The notes: generated by a model from the sequence alone, not told the origin. 53,747 bases of DNA from a virus (IMGVR_UViG_3300028392_000082:1-53747); one strand, 5' to 3'; counted from the stretch's first letter, positions 1 through 6,781 are shown. Numbers and translations are program-made.

Positions 1-104
1 AGCAATCCTGCGTTAAATACATTGTGACCGCATTCATCACATAACCAAGCCGTAGTTTTAGTAAGATCTACTTTTACTTGAAGTTGTTTTTGTTGTTGAT
101 TCAT
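1..104 (-). CDS. Hypothetical zinc-ribbon protein (truncated at window edge)
   Basis: ATG at 104, reads MNQQQKQLQVKVDLTKTTAWLCDECGHNVFNAG...; CxxC motif; translated manually. Confidence 0.6.
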   Translation of the reverse strand, partial: MNQQQKQLQVKVDLTKTTAWLCDECGHNVFNAGL

Positions 105-107
105 TTT

Positions 108-482
108 TTATTTTTTAGATTCCCAATATAATTGTCTTACTTTAGCTCCTAACTCTTGATCGTTAGGCGTACTCAATACAGTATACTCAGATACAGTAAA
201 TAGATTTCTATGAGAGTCCAAAGCGATTGGCTCTTCTTCTTTGTTGCCGCATTTATTACACAACTGACCTGCGCCTTCTACGTAATTGTATCTGAAGTCA
301 ATAGGAGTTCTAAATCTGTATTGAGTATCTACTCCACAGATAACGCATTTTTCAATGGGATTTTTTTGATTTTGTTCTTGCTCTAATGCACAAGAAAGAT
401 GGTCTACACCAACAAGATAATCGTACTCTACTTCTGAGGTGTCTTTGCCGCAATATTGGCAGGTAAATAGGGAGGTTTCCAT
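108..482 (-). CDS. Hypothetical Cys-rich zinc-finger protein
   Basis: Three CxxC pairs (CQYC, CVIC, CNKC); promoter-like TACATTTA at 501-508. Confidence 0.7.
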   Translation of the reverse strand: METSLFTCQYCGKDTSEVEYDYLVGVDHLSCALEQEQNQKNPIEKCVICGVDTQYRFRTPIDFRYNYVEGAGQLCNKCGNKEEEPIALDSHRNLFTVSEYTVLSTPNDQELGAKVRQLYWESKK

Positions 483-547
483 AACGTTTTATTTATAACC
501 TAAATGTAACAATTATGGAGAAGATGGAGAAATAAAAGTTTAAAGTA

Positions 548-883
548 AAGCTGTTGTTCTTGACTTATTTTTTATTTTTTGTTAATTAACTTTGATTCTA
601 ATTTGTCTAGTCGAGAATCCATCATGCTGTATATAGCTTGTTCTGATTCTGCTCGACTTCTGTGAACTTGTTCTATCTCTAAGGATAGTACTCTATTTGT
701 TTGAGCGTCTATTTCAAAGACGTCTCTATTGAGGTCTTCGATTCTTTTTTCTAACTTAATGGTCTTAACGAAGGCAATAACAGCAACTATCGCTAACGCG
801 ATAACCACCACTAGGCTCATCCCTAAAACGAATGATAGTGTTTCCATATTTTATTTCTCCTATATGTCAAAGAACAACAGCTT
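548..883. repeat. Long-range inverted repeat bracketing ORF 572-847
   Basis: AAGCTGTTGTTCTTGAC (548-564) is the reverse complement of GTCAAAGAACAACAGCTT (866-883) apart from a 1-nt bulge. Confidence 0.85.
572..847 (-). CDS. Single-TM coiled-coil membrane protein
   Basis: N-terminal hydrophobic helix followed by a coiled-coil-like tail. Confidence 0.75.
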   Translation of the reverse strand: METLSFVLGMSLVVVIALAIVAVIAFVKTIKLEKRIEDLNRDVFEIDAQTNRVLSLEIEQVHRSRAESEQAIYSMMDSRLDKLESKLINKK

Positions 884-884
884 G

Positions 885-1039
885 CTGTAGGGGAAGGATT
901 CGAACCTTCATGCAGCGATTCGATAAAAGACACATTGCTCGAGCTTGTGGTCAATCCATATCTTTTATCTATTTCGTTCTCTGCGCCCACGAGACGAGTG
1001 GGTGTGTATGCCGTGGCGTACGCCTTTCACCACCCTACA
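885..1039 (-). ncRNA. Oversized tRNA-like RNA (155 nt; GUC at the anticodon position, G73, hairpin in D-loop, 76-nt variable arm)
   Basis: Acceptor TGTAGGG/CCCTACA+G73; U8G9; D-stem GTG/CAC; anticodon arm CCCAC-TCGTCTC-GTGGG; T-arm GAAGG-TTCGAAT-CCTTC. Confidence 0.8.
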
Positions 1040-1044
1040 GTATA

Positions 1045-1293
1045 TTAATAGATTCCGTCCTCTTCGTCTATTTTAAAATCCAATTTATTCTGATCGATTC
1101 TAGCTTGTTCGGCTTCTTTGTACCACCTAATCCAAGTTAGAGATACATCGATAGGAGCCAATACCCAAGCCATTACTACAACCATAACAGCGTCTAACTC
1201 AGGAGAATTGTATTCTGTTCCTGTTTTTCTATATCTCTTGTTTAGTTGATAGAAACAATAGATAATGCAAATAAAATAATAACCTAATAACAT
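1045..1293 (-). CDS. Small two-TM membrane protein
   Basis: Two hydrophobic segments; fills the gap between two RNA genes. Confidence 0.65.
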   Translation of the reverse strand: MLLGYYFICIIYCFYQLNKRYRKTGTEYNSPELDAVMVVVMAWVLAPIDVSLTWIRWYKEAEQARIDQNKLDFKIDEEDGIY

Positions 1294-1310
1294 ATATTTA
1301 ATTTTTAAAG

Positions 1311-1381
1311 TTGCCCCTCAAGGATTCGAACCTCAACAAACTGTACCAAAAACAGTCGTACTACCGTTATACTAAAGGGCA
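1311..1381 (-). tRNA. tRNA-Gln(UUG)
   Basis: TGCCCTT acceptor, anticodon arm ACTGT-TTTTGGT-ACAGT, GGTTCGAATCC T-arm; CCA not encoded. Confidence 0.95.
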
Positions 1382-1386
1382 TAATA

Positions 1387-1487
1387 GTGTAGTAGGAGCT
1401 AGCATCCTTGTGGTTACTACACGTTTTATCCACTTTGGTAAAAGGCCTACTCTGTGCGCCCTGATCGCGGGAAGGGGAGTAAACGTC
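1387..1487 (-). ncRNA. Structured inter-tRNA element (multibranch plus hairpin)
   Basis: ACGTTT/AAACGT, ACTC/GAGT and CCCT/AGGG nested stems, then GTGTAGT/ACTACAC closing AGGA-TGCTAGC-TCCT. Confidence 0.45.
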
Positions 1488-1492
1488 TTTTG

Positions 1493-1579
1493 CGGAAAGA
1501 CAGGGATTCGAACCCCAGATACAGTTTCCCGTATTCTTGTTTTCAAGACAAGTGCATTAAGCCTCTCTGCCATCTTTCC
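1493..1579 (-). tRNA. tRNA-Ser(UGA)
   Basis: GGAAAGA/TCTTTCC acceptor, G73, CTTGT-CTTGAAA-ACAAG anticodon arm, long variable arm, TTCGAAT T-loop. Confidence 0.95.
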
Positions 1580-1584
1580 GTTAC

Positions 1585-1676
1585 GGTGGCGACAATACTT
1601 AGACTAGGGCTGCAGACCCTTGGTATTGCGTTTCTTCAACCACCAACCACCGGCTTAAGACGTCAATGCCAATGGT
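1585..1676 (-). ncRNA. Structured two-hairpin element upstream of tRNA-Ser
   Basis: ACCAUUGGC/GCCGGUGGU (G-U pairs valid only on minus strand); GGUGGU/GCCACC, GCAAUAC/GUAUUGU, AGGG/CCCU. Confidence 0.5.
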
Positions 1677-1782
1677 CCTGTTTATTTTATATAAGACGTT
1701 TACAGCTAACGTCTTTGTCGGTTTAAAATTATCGCAATATTAGTACTATGAATACTAATTTTTGACTTTTTTAAACCAATAA

Positions 1783-1901
1783 GGTGCCGGTGGAAGTATT
1801 TGTTTAACTTCACGGAGTCCTTTTCGGTCACTCCACCACTTCGAATCAGGTACGTCTCAATGCTACTCGTCAGTATACATTGTTTATTCCGCCACACCGG
1901 C
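1783..1901 (-). ncRNA. Type II tRNA-like RNA with D-loop hairpin insertion and non-canonical T-loop
   Basis: GCCGGTG/CACCGGC+A73+CC; GTGGCGGAAT start; variable arm GGAGT/ACTCC; T-stem GAAGT/ACTTC with 9-nt loop TAAACAAAT; weak anticodon arm around TCG. Confidence 0.7.
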
Positions 1902-1910
1902 ATATTAAGT

Positions 1911-2048
1911 TTAGGAAAGGCGAGGATGGTTCAGTGGACAACTCCTTTTATGATTGGCATTACTAATGATGGTTTAAACTCCGATATAGTCGGCCAATGC
2001 TTTTTGAGCGCCACCAACAGGCTAACCTATATCATTCCCCAATCAACC
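1911..2048 (-). ncRNA. Structured ncRNA motif, tandem copy 1
   Basis: GGTTGATTGG...TTAGTAATGCCAATCATAAAAGGAG-TTGTCCAC...CCTTTCCTAA; same scaffold as 2057-2162. Confidence 0.75.
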
Positions 2049-2056
2049 CAAAAAAT

Positions 2057-2162
2057 TTAGGAAAGCAGAAGATGGGTGCGTGGACATCTGCTTTTACGAT
2101 TGGCATTTCTAACCGCGAGGTATCCGCCCTTTCTACAGTTAAAGGATACATTCCAATCAACC
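2057..2162 (-). ncRNA. Structured ncRNA motif, tandem copy 2
   Basis: GGTTGATTGG...TTAGAAATGCCAATCGTAAAAGCAG-ATGTCCAC...CTGCTTTCCTAA; compensatory change relative to copy 1. Confidence 0.75.
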
Positions 2163-2171
2163 TTAATATTG

Positions 2172-2249
2172 AAACAAACTACCCACAATTTTTCAAAGTC
2201 GCCATCCAAGTCATTGCTCTGGTTAAACCAGCGGCAGGTAGTTGTGTTT
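2172..2249 (-). ncRNA. Structured element directly after the 3D-domain gene
   Basis: AAACA/TGTTT plus AACTACC/GGTAGTT closing stem; internal CTGGT-TTA-ACCAG hairpin. Confidence 0.45.
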
Positions 2250-2651
2250 TTATGCTTTGTACATTTTAATTCGATACAATTTGAATTGCTTGTCTTTTGG
2301 ATTGATAAGAATATCTATACGCTTTTTCCAACGTTTGTTCATTAGGTCTTTGACCACATAAACTCCGCTGTACTTTCCTGCGCCCACAATTCTTACCTTT
2401 TGTCCGAACTTAAATTTTTTATTTAAGTCCCTACTAACTGCTATAATTCTGTGCTTCTTCGGATTGTTTTCTGTTAACCTCATTCCGGTTGCAGTCACAT
2501 CTCCATTAGGATCGTTTTTAAATTCGTTCACCTTGTAAGTGGTGACAGTTACGAATTCAACGCTACTCTTTTTATGAGGCACGAACTTCTTACCCGCTTT
2601 TATGGGGCTTGAAGCCAATACACTTATTAAAATAATACTAATCCATTTCAT
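2250..2651 (-). CDS. Secreted 3D-domain (RlpA/MltA-like double-psi barrel) cell-wall protein
   Basis: Start moved to MKWISII because the longer ORF overlaps tmRNA; signal peptide; TATG, IIAVSRDL, VKDLMN and RIDIL motifs of the 3D family. Confidence 0.8.
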   Translation of the reverse strand: MKWISIILISVLASSPIKAGKKFVPHKKSSVEFVTVTTYKVNEFKNDPNGDVTATGMRLTENNPKKHRIIAVSRDLNKKFKFGQKVRIVGAGKYSGVYVVKDLMNKRWKKRIDILINPKDKQFKLYRIKMYKA

Positions 2652-2666
2652 AACCTTTATTTTTTG

Positions 2667-3069
2667 TGGAGCATATGGGACTCGAACCCATGTCTCCGTA
2701 ATGAACAATAATACCAACGTCTCACACGCTTAGATCTGTTTTTATTCTGATCAGTAAGGGTCGTATGGTTTTTGGTCCTTACGATATCCACCACTTGGTT
2801 TTATGACTACCAAGAAACTCCCAGAAGGAGCAGAGCTATAATACTGAGACTATAGCGGGGTTTTCACTTCTTTTTAAAGTCCCATGAGTGATACGGGATG
2901 CGACTAAGCAGCGTATGCGTACTCGTCAGCACCGATGAAACTCATAAGAGAATCAAAGGTCATAGTAGATAATTCTACAGTTATTGTTTCGTAAGGTTTT
3001 AAGGACTTATCTTACTTTGTCCGCGTGTGGTATTACCTCCGAATTACGGATCAATTCCAAGGATGCCCC
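2667..3069 (-). ncRNA. ssrA: tmRNA; tag (A)VELSTMTFDSLMSFIGADEYAYAA*
   Basis: GGGGCAT/ATGCTCC-A acceptor with G3-U70; GGTTCGAGTCC T-arm; ATAACT before the resume codon; tag ORF 2978-2904 ending YAA. Confidence 0.93.
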
Positions 3070-3079
3070 ATGTGAATAT

Positions 3080-3087
3080 ATAAATAT
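3080..3087 (-). promoter_or_regulatory. ATATTTAT putative phage promoter upstream of tmRNA
   Basis: Recurrent upstream motif, 10 nt before the tmRNA 5' end. Confidence 0.6.
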
Positions 3088-3094
3088 ACTAATT

Positions 3095-3352
3095 TTACGA
3101 GAATAGAATATCTGCCTCTTCTTCATCGAATCCATATTCTCCATCATGAAATTCAACTTCGAATAGATTGCCTACTTCTACATCGGTGTCTACAAATCTG
3201 TTCTTGTCAAAACAATTGTAAGGTTCAGGAGCGTCCAATTCCCAGAAAATATAATTTCCTTTTGAAGTGGTTGAGAACACTGTGTAGAATGCATCCTCTA
3301 CTAAAATACCGGTGTCGTCTGCTTTAATACATTTAACTTTTCTATAACTCAT
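3095..3352 (-). CDS. Hypothetical acidic protein
   Basis: 85 aa ORF, co-oriented. Confidence 0.7.
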   Translation of the reverse strand: MSYRKVKCIKADDTGILVEDAFYTVFSTTSKGNYIFWELDAPEPYNCFDKNRFVDTDVEVGNLFEVEFHDGEYGFDEEEADILFS

Positions 3353-3370
3353 AACTTATTAATTTAAAAT

Positions 3371-3397
3371 AAAAAGACCTTTCTTAATGTAGTCTTT
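3371..3397 (-). terminator. Possible intrinsic terminator
   Basis: AAAGAC/GTCTTT stem followed by a U-run on the minus strand. Confidence 0.35.
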
Positions 3398-3428
3398 GCA
3401 GGCGGAATTCCCCGACACCGTTACTTAA

Positions 3429-3644
3429 TTACTTTTGTGGTTGCTCTACTTTTGCGCGAGCTCCAGATCCACCGCCAATTGTTTTAGCTGTAGAATCTAC
3501 TGTAATCTCTGTTGAATCTGCTGCAATCTCTGTTGAATCTACTGTAGTTTTTGTAGAATCTGTTGTTGTTGTAGCAGAAGTGTTAGAAGTTCCGCAAGCC
3601 GTTAATACTAAAGCTGTAGCGAAAGCGATCATGATTTTTTTCAT
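3429..3644 (-). CDS. Small lipoprotein with Thr/Ser-rich DST repeats
   Basis: MKK signal with lipobox LTAC; repeated DST motifs. Confidence 0.8.
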   Translation of the reverse strand: MKKIMIAFATALVLTACGTSNTSATTTTDSTKTTVDSTEIAADSTEITVDSTAKTIGGGSGARAKVEQPQK

Positions 3645-3760
3645 GGTTGTTTTCTTTTTTGATTAATGAATAGATATGTAATATACACATCTCCTTTGAT
3701 ATAAAAAAATATTTAAGCTGTTTTTTTAAATATTCTTTTTTTTAATATATAACAGATTGA

Positions 3761-5143
3761 TTATAAATTCAATTTGCTACCAATCATGAAAGATCTTATT
3801 GGTATACTTTGGTCTGCGGTGCTTACCATAATTTTAAAGTTAACATTCACTTTAAACTTTCTAGTGATTTTGAAGTCTGTAGCGAAACCAGTCAAGAATG
3901 TCAAATCTCTACTTCTTGTTTGGGCTCCATCTTTTAAAGAGATTCCCCATGGTGCGGCTATCATAAATAGATCTGGGGTTACTGTCTTTCTACCTACAGT
4001 TATGGGATACATGGCGAAGCTGATAATAGAAGGGGATAGACTAATTGATCCGCCTTGAATGAACGCAGTGTTAGCGCTTATATTATACCCTGTGATTAGC
4101 TTGTCTATTGGTTGGATGTAAGTGTAAGCTGGAAATATCATGTGATTAGAGAAGTCGGTGAAATACGTAGTACCGAAGTTGTGCATCGCTTCTAATTGAC
4201 CTCTATCATTCATTTGACTCTTTGTGTAACTTCCACCTACCGCTATTTTACTAAAGTCCAAGAATATGCTTGCGTTAGCACCAAAGTTGGACAATCCTGT
4301 CATTGAAGACTTGGAAACTCCCATATTCATAGTCGGTACTAGCTTTCTATTCGGTGCTTGCTCTGCTACACTCAAATCTGCAGAGAATATCATTGGATTT
4401 ATACTTGCCGCTTTTTTCTTTTCTTCTTTCTTTTTGTCTTCTTTCTTCTTCTCTTCTTTTTTCTCTTCAGATTTTTTTTCTTCTTTCTTTTCTTCTGATT
4501 TTGTCTCTTCTTTTTTCTCTTCAGATTTTGATTCAGATTTGCTCTCTGATTTTGTTTCAGACTTGGTCTCTGATTTTGTTTCTGTACTTGAGCTTTTGCT
4601 CTCTGAGCTTGAGCTTGACGACGAAGAGCCAGAAGACGACGACGATTGGGAGGAAGAGGAAGATGAAGACGAAGTTGGTGGAGGTGATGAAGATACCGCT
4701 GAAGTCGATGCAGTGGATGCACTTGATGACGCTGCACTTGATGCGCTCGAACTTGCTGCTGATGAGGCCGCAGAACTTGCCGCACTTGAAGCTGCAGAGC
4801 TTGCCGCCGAAGCAGCTGCTGATGCCGCCGCTTGAGTTGCCGCGTTTGCAGCTGTGGTCGCTATTATGGCCGTTGTTTGTTGAGATACTGGACATGGCGT
4901 TGCGAATATGGATTTGATCCATGCATCTACTGTGCCTGATGCAAAGTCTGCGTAAGTAAATAATCTAGATTTTCCCCTAACTATAACTAGAACTCCGGGA
5001 TAATTGGAAGCTATGGGAGCTATGAATGTATAAACCTTGCTATCGCATGGATCTACGTAAGTGTTAACAATATTTTGCCCTTTAGCTTTGAGCGCTAATA
5101 AGGACAAAACCGATATCGTAAACGCTACTATCCATTTTTTCAT
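3761..5143 (-). CDS. Secreted protein with Ala/Ser and Lys/Glu low-complexity linker and C-terminal beta-barrel-like domain
   Basis: Signal peptide; SSAA, ETKS and EEKK repeats; C-terminal amphipathic strands ending IGSKLNL. Confidence 0.7.
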   Translation of the reverse strand: MKKWIVAFTISVLSLLALKAKGQNIVNTYVDPCDSKVYTFIAPIASNYPGVLVIVRGKSRLFTYADFASGTVDAWIKSIFATPCPVSQQTTAIIATTAANAATQAAASAAASAASSAASSAASSAASSAASSSASSAASSSASTASTSAVSSSPPPTSSSSSSSSQSSSSSGSSSSSSSSESKSSSTETKSETKSETKSESKSESKSEEKKEETKSEEKKEEKKSEEKKEEKKKEDKKKEEKKKAASINPMIFSADLSVAEQAPNRKLVPTMNMGVSKSSMTGLSNFGANASIFLDFSKIAVGGSYTKSQMNDRGQLEAMHNFGTTYFTDFSNHMIFPAYTYIQPIDKLITGYNISANTAFIQGGSISLSPSIISFAMYPITVGRKTVTPDLFMIAAPWGISLKDGAQTRSRDLTFLTGFATDFKITRKFKVNVNFKIMVSTADQSIPIRSFMIGSKLNL

Positions 5144-5250
5144 TATTTCAATTTAGCTAGAATCGCTAAGTTGTTGTCTACTAATTGTTTCTTTTTAACT
5201 CCAGAGCTTCTGCTACGCATTGCTCTCTTTTTTGGTTTTGCGTGTGCCAT
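5143..5250 (-). CDS. 35-aa basic peptide MAHAKPKKRAMRSRSSGVKKKQLVDNNLAILAKLK
   Basis: Manual translation; fills the intergenic gap exactly, stop overlaps the next ATG. Confidence 0.6.
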   Translation of the reverse strand: MAHAKPKKRAMRSRSSGVKKKQLVDNNLAILAKLK

Positions 5251-5251
5251 A

Positions 5252-5998
5252 TTATTTGGTGAATACACCTTTTTTAACCATTCTTGCTAAAATACGAGAA
5301 CACGCGATATCTAATGCTTTCTTAGTTGCTATTGAAACTGTTGATTGATTGAATTTAACCGGGTCCACTGTTGCGTCAGATAGTAAAGTTAATTCTCTTG
5401 TTGTTTTTGCTTCGCCTAAACCAGATGCCGCTATAATCTCTCCAGTCTCGGCGTCTGTGAATCTTACTTGAAGACCGAGTCTAGTTACCATTGTGTTCTT
5501 AACTCCGTTTGATAAGTTAACCTCTTCGTCGTCAGATACAGACCAGTCGTAAACTTCGATCTCTACAAAGTAGTGAGCTAATCTAATCTTACCACGACCG
5601 TCTAATTTATCTTGAGAAATTCCAGCTGCTGAAGCTTGGAATTGTTTTACCATTCTATTTTTTATTTCTGTCTTGTCTTCTGTGAATGTGAACCTGTTTA
5701 AGTTCTCTAAGTACTCTAAAGAGATATTAGCGACACCAAGACCTACTCGCTTTTCTTTTAGCTCTGGGTATTGTTCGTATACTTCTTCTCCGATACCACA
5801 TTTCAATATCTGAATTGGAATGGTTGGACCTGAGTAGTCCATGTATTGATTAATATCTAGCTTTGTTTCGAATGAGGCTTTGTATTGCTCTGTTGTAGTT
5901 TTACCTATGGTTTGAGCGCATAAACTAGCTACAGTGAATAGGGCTAGCAATAAAGTGAGTCCAACTATTAGTAATATTTTTTGGTACTTTGCTTTCAT
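5252..5998 (-). CDS. CsgG/HfaB-like (curli transport family) protein
   Basis: Signal peptide; LENLNRFTF, LGLQVRFTDAETGEIIAASGLG and ATKKALDIA patterns typical of the CsgG-like fold. Confidence 0.65.
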   Translation of the reverse strand: MKAKYQKILLIVGLTLLLALFTVASLCAQTIGKTTTEQYKASFETKLDINQYMDYSGPTIPIQILKCGIGEEVYEQYPELKEKRVGLGVANISLEYLENLNRFTFTEDKTEIKNRMVKQFQASAAGISQDKLDGRGKIRLAHYFVEIEVYDWSVSDDEEVNLSNGVKNTMVTRLGLQVRFTDAETGEIIAASGLGEAKTTRELTLLSDATVDPVKFNQSTVSIATKKALDIACSRILARMVKKGVFTK

Positions 5999-6001
5999 GT
6001 A

Positions 6002-6283
6002 TTAGTATTTTCTCTGTGGACGCGGAGGATTCTGTCTATATTCTATTCTTGGAATTACAATAGGCATATAATATGGAATAGGATACATATTATTGTAAAA
6101 ATAAGTTGGCATCATACTGTGTTGATAAACATCTTGATATATGATTCTTTTTCTTACTTCTATCAATTTACTAGAATCTTTAGCGTCTATCATTACGTAC
6201 TTTACTGGAGTGCAACTATTAATTAGCATTGCAAACCATAAAATTGCTAAAAATATTAAACAGATACTAATTATCTTTTTCAT
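6002..6283 (-). CDS. Lipoprotein-like, Pro/Tyr-rich
   Basis: MKK, hydrophobic stretch, INSC lipobox-like site. Confidence 0.65.
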   Translation of the reverse strand: MKKIISICLIFLAILWFAMLINSCTPVKYVMIDAKDSSKLIEVRKRIIYQDVYQHSMMPTYFYNNMYPIPYYMPIVIPRIEYRQNPPRPQRKY

Positions 6284-6284
6284 A

Positions 6285-6611
6285 CTACTTATTTTTTATG
6301 ATCAATTCTCCCAATACTTCTAAACGTCCCATCTCTTTTTGGAATTCTATAGGAGACATTGACAACGATATGCTTTTAAGAGTCTTTTCAAATTCTTTTT
6401 TAGCTTCGTCGATATCCATTTTTCCCTCTTTTGCTTTTTTGTAGTAAGGCAACTTAACTTTGTAATGATGGTAAGTCAACATTGAAGTACCGCCTTTCTC
6501 ATGAGAGGTATCAGCAATCTTTTCAGCACCGCTCAATCGCTTATCTGCAAACTCTTCGAATGGTTTTGTTTGAGCTAATTCTTCTTTTAGTAAATCTGCT
6601 AATTTTATCAT
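6285..6611 (-). CDS. Hypothetical phage protein (MIKLADLLKEE start)
   Basis: ATG at 6611 overlaps the TGA of the upstream ORF. Confidence 0.7.
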   Translation of the reverse strand: MIKLADLLKEELAQTKPFEEFADKRLSGAEKIADTSHEKGGTSMLTYHHYKVKLPYYKKAKEGKMDIDEAKKEFEKTLKSISLSMSPIEFQKEMGRLEVLGELIIKNK

Positions 6612-6781
6612 TTGAATCTTCCGTCTAATTTCCACATTATTTCGTTACCTATTTTTGTTGCCAATTCTGGCTTTACTACCATCAAAGTCATCATAGTAAC
6701 TTGAAACGATAGCGCGAATACGGTCCACGCAAAAACTAATTTTACAAACCATAGAAACGCTTTCTCTTTTACTTTATTCAT
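6608..6781 (-). CDS. 57-aa membrane peptide
   Basis: Manual translation MNKVKRKAFLWFVKLVFAWTVFALSFQVTMMTLMVV...; ATGA coupling to the next gene. Confidence 0.65.
   Translation of the reverse strand: MNKVKEKAFLWFVKLVFAWTVFALSFQVTMMTLMVVKPELATKIGNEIMWKLDGRFK

Noticed and set aside
1394-1408. Amber suppressor tRNA or alternative genetic code (7-nt loop with central CTA)
   Set aside because: There is no tRNA body and no U33; TAG serves as a normal stop in well-conserved genes and code 11 gives dense coding
1387-1490. HDV-like (theta) ribozyme after tRNA-Ser
   Set aside because: The stems are nested, not in the P1/P2 pseudoknot order that HDV-like ribozymes require
1815-1875. Hammerhead ribozyme suggested by CTGACGAG on the minus strand
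   Set aside because: The nearest downstream core reads CGAAG rather than GAAA, and stems I and III cannot be built; a tRNA-like fold explains the region better
1911-2162. CRISPR mini-array
   Set aside because: Only two diverged copies with internal inserts, no regular repeat-spacer period and no cas genes
832-2345. ORFs listed over the RNA array (832-1140, 1311-1607, 1367-1573, 1454-1726, 1706-1903, 1800-2060, 1997-2269, 2076-2345)
   Set aside because: They overlap tRNAs or structured RNAs, are mostly antisense and show no protein-like motifs
4266-4922. Alternative-frame and antisense ORFs within the low-complexity gene
   Set aside because: Artefacts of stop-poor repetitive sequence
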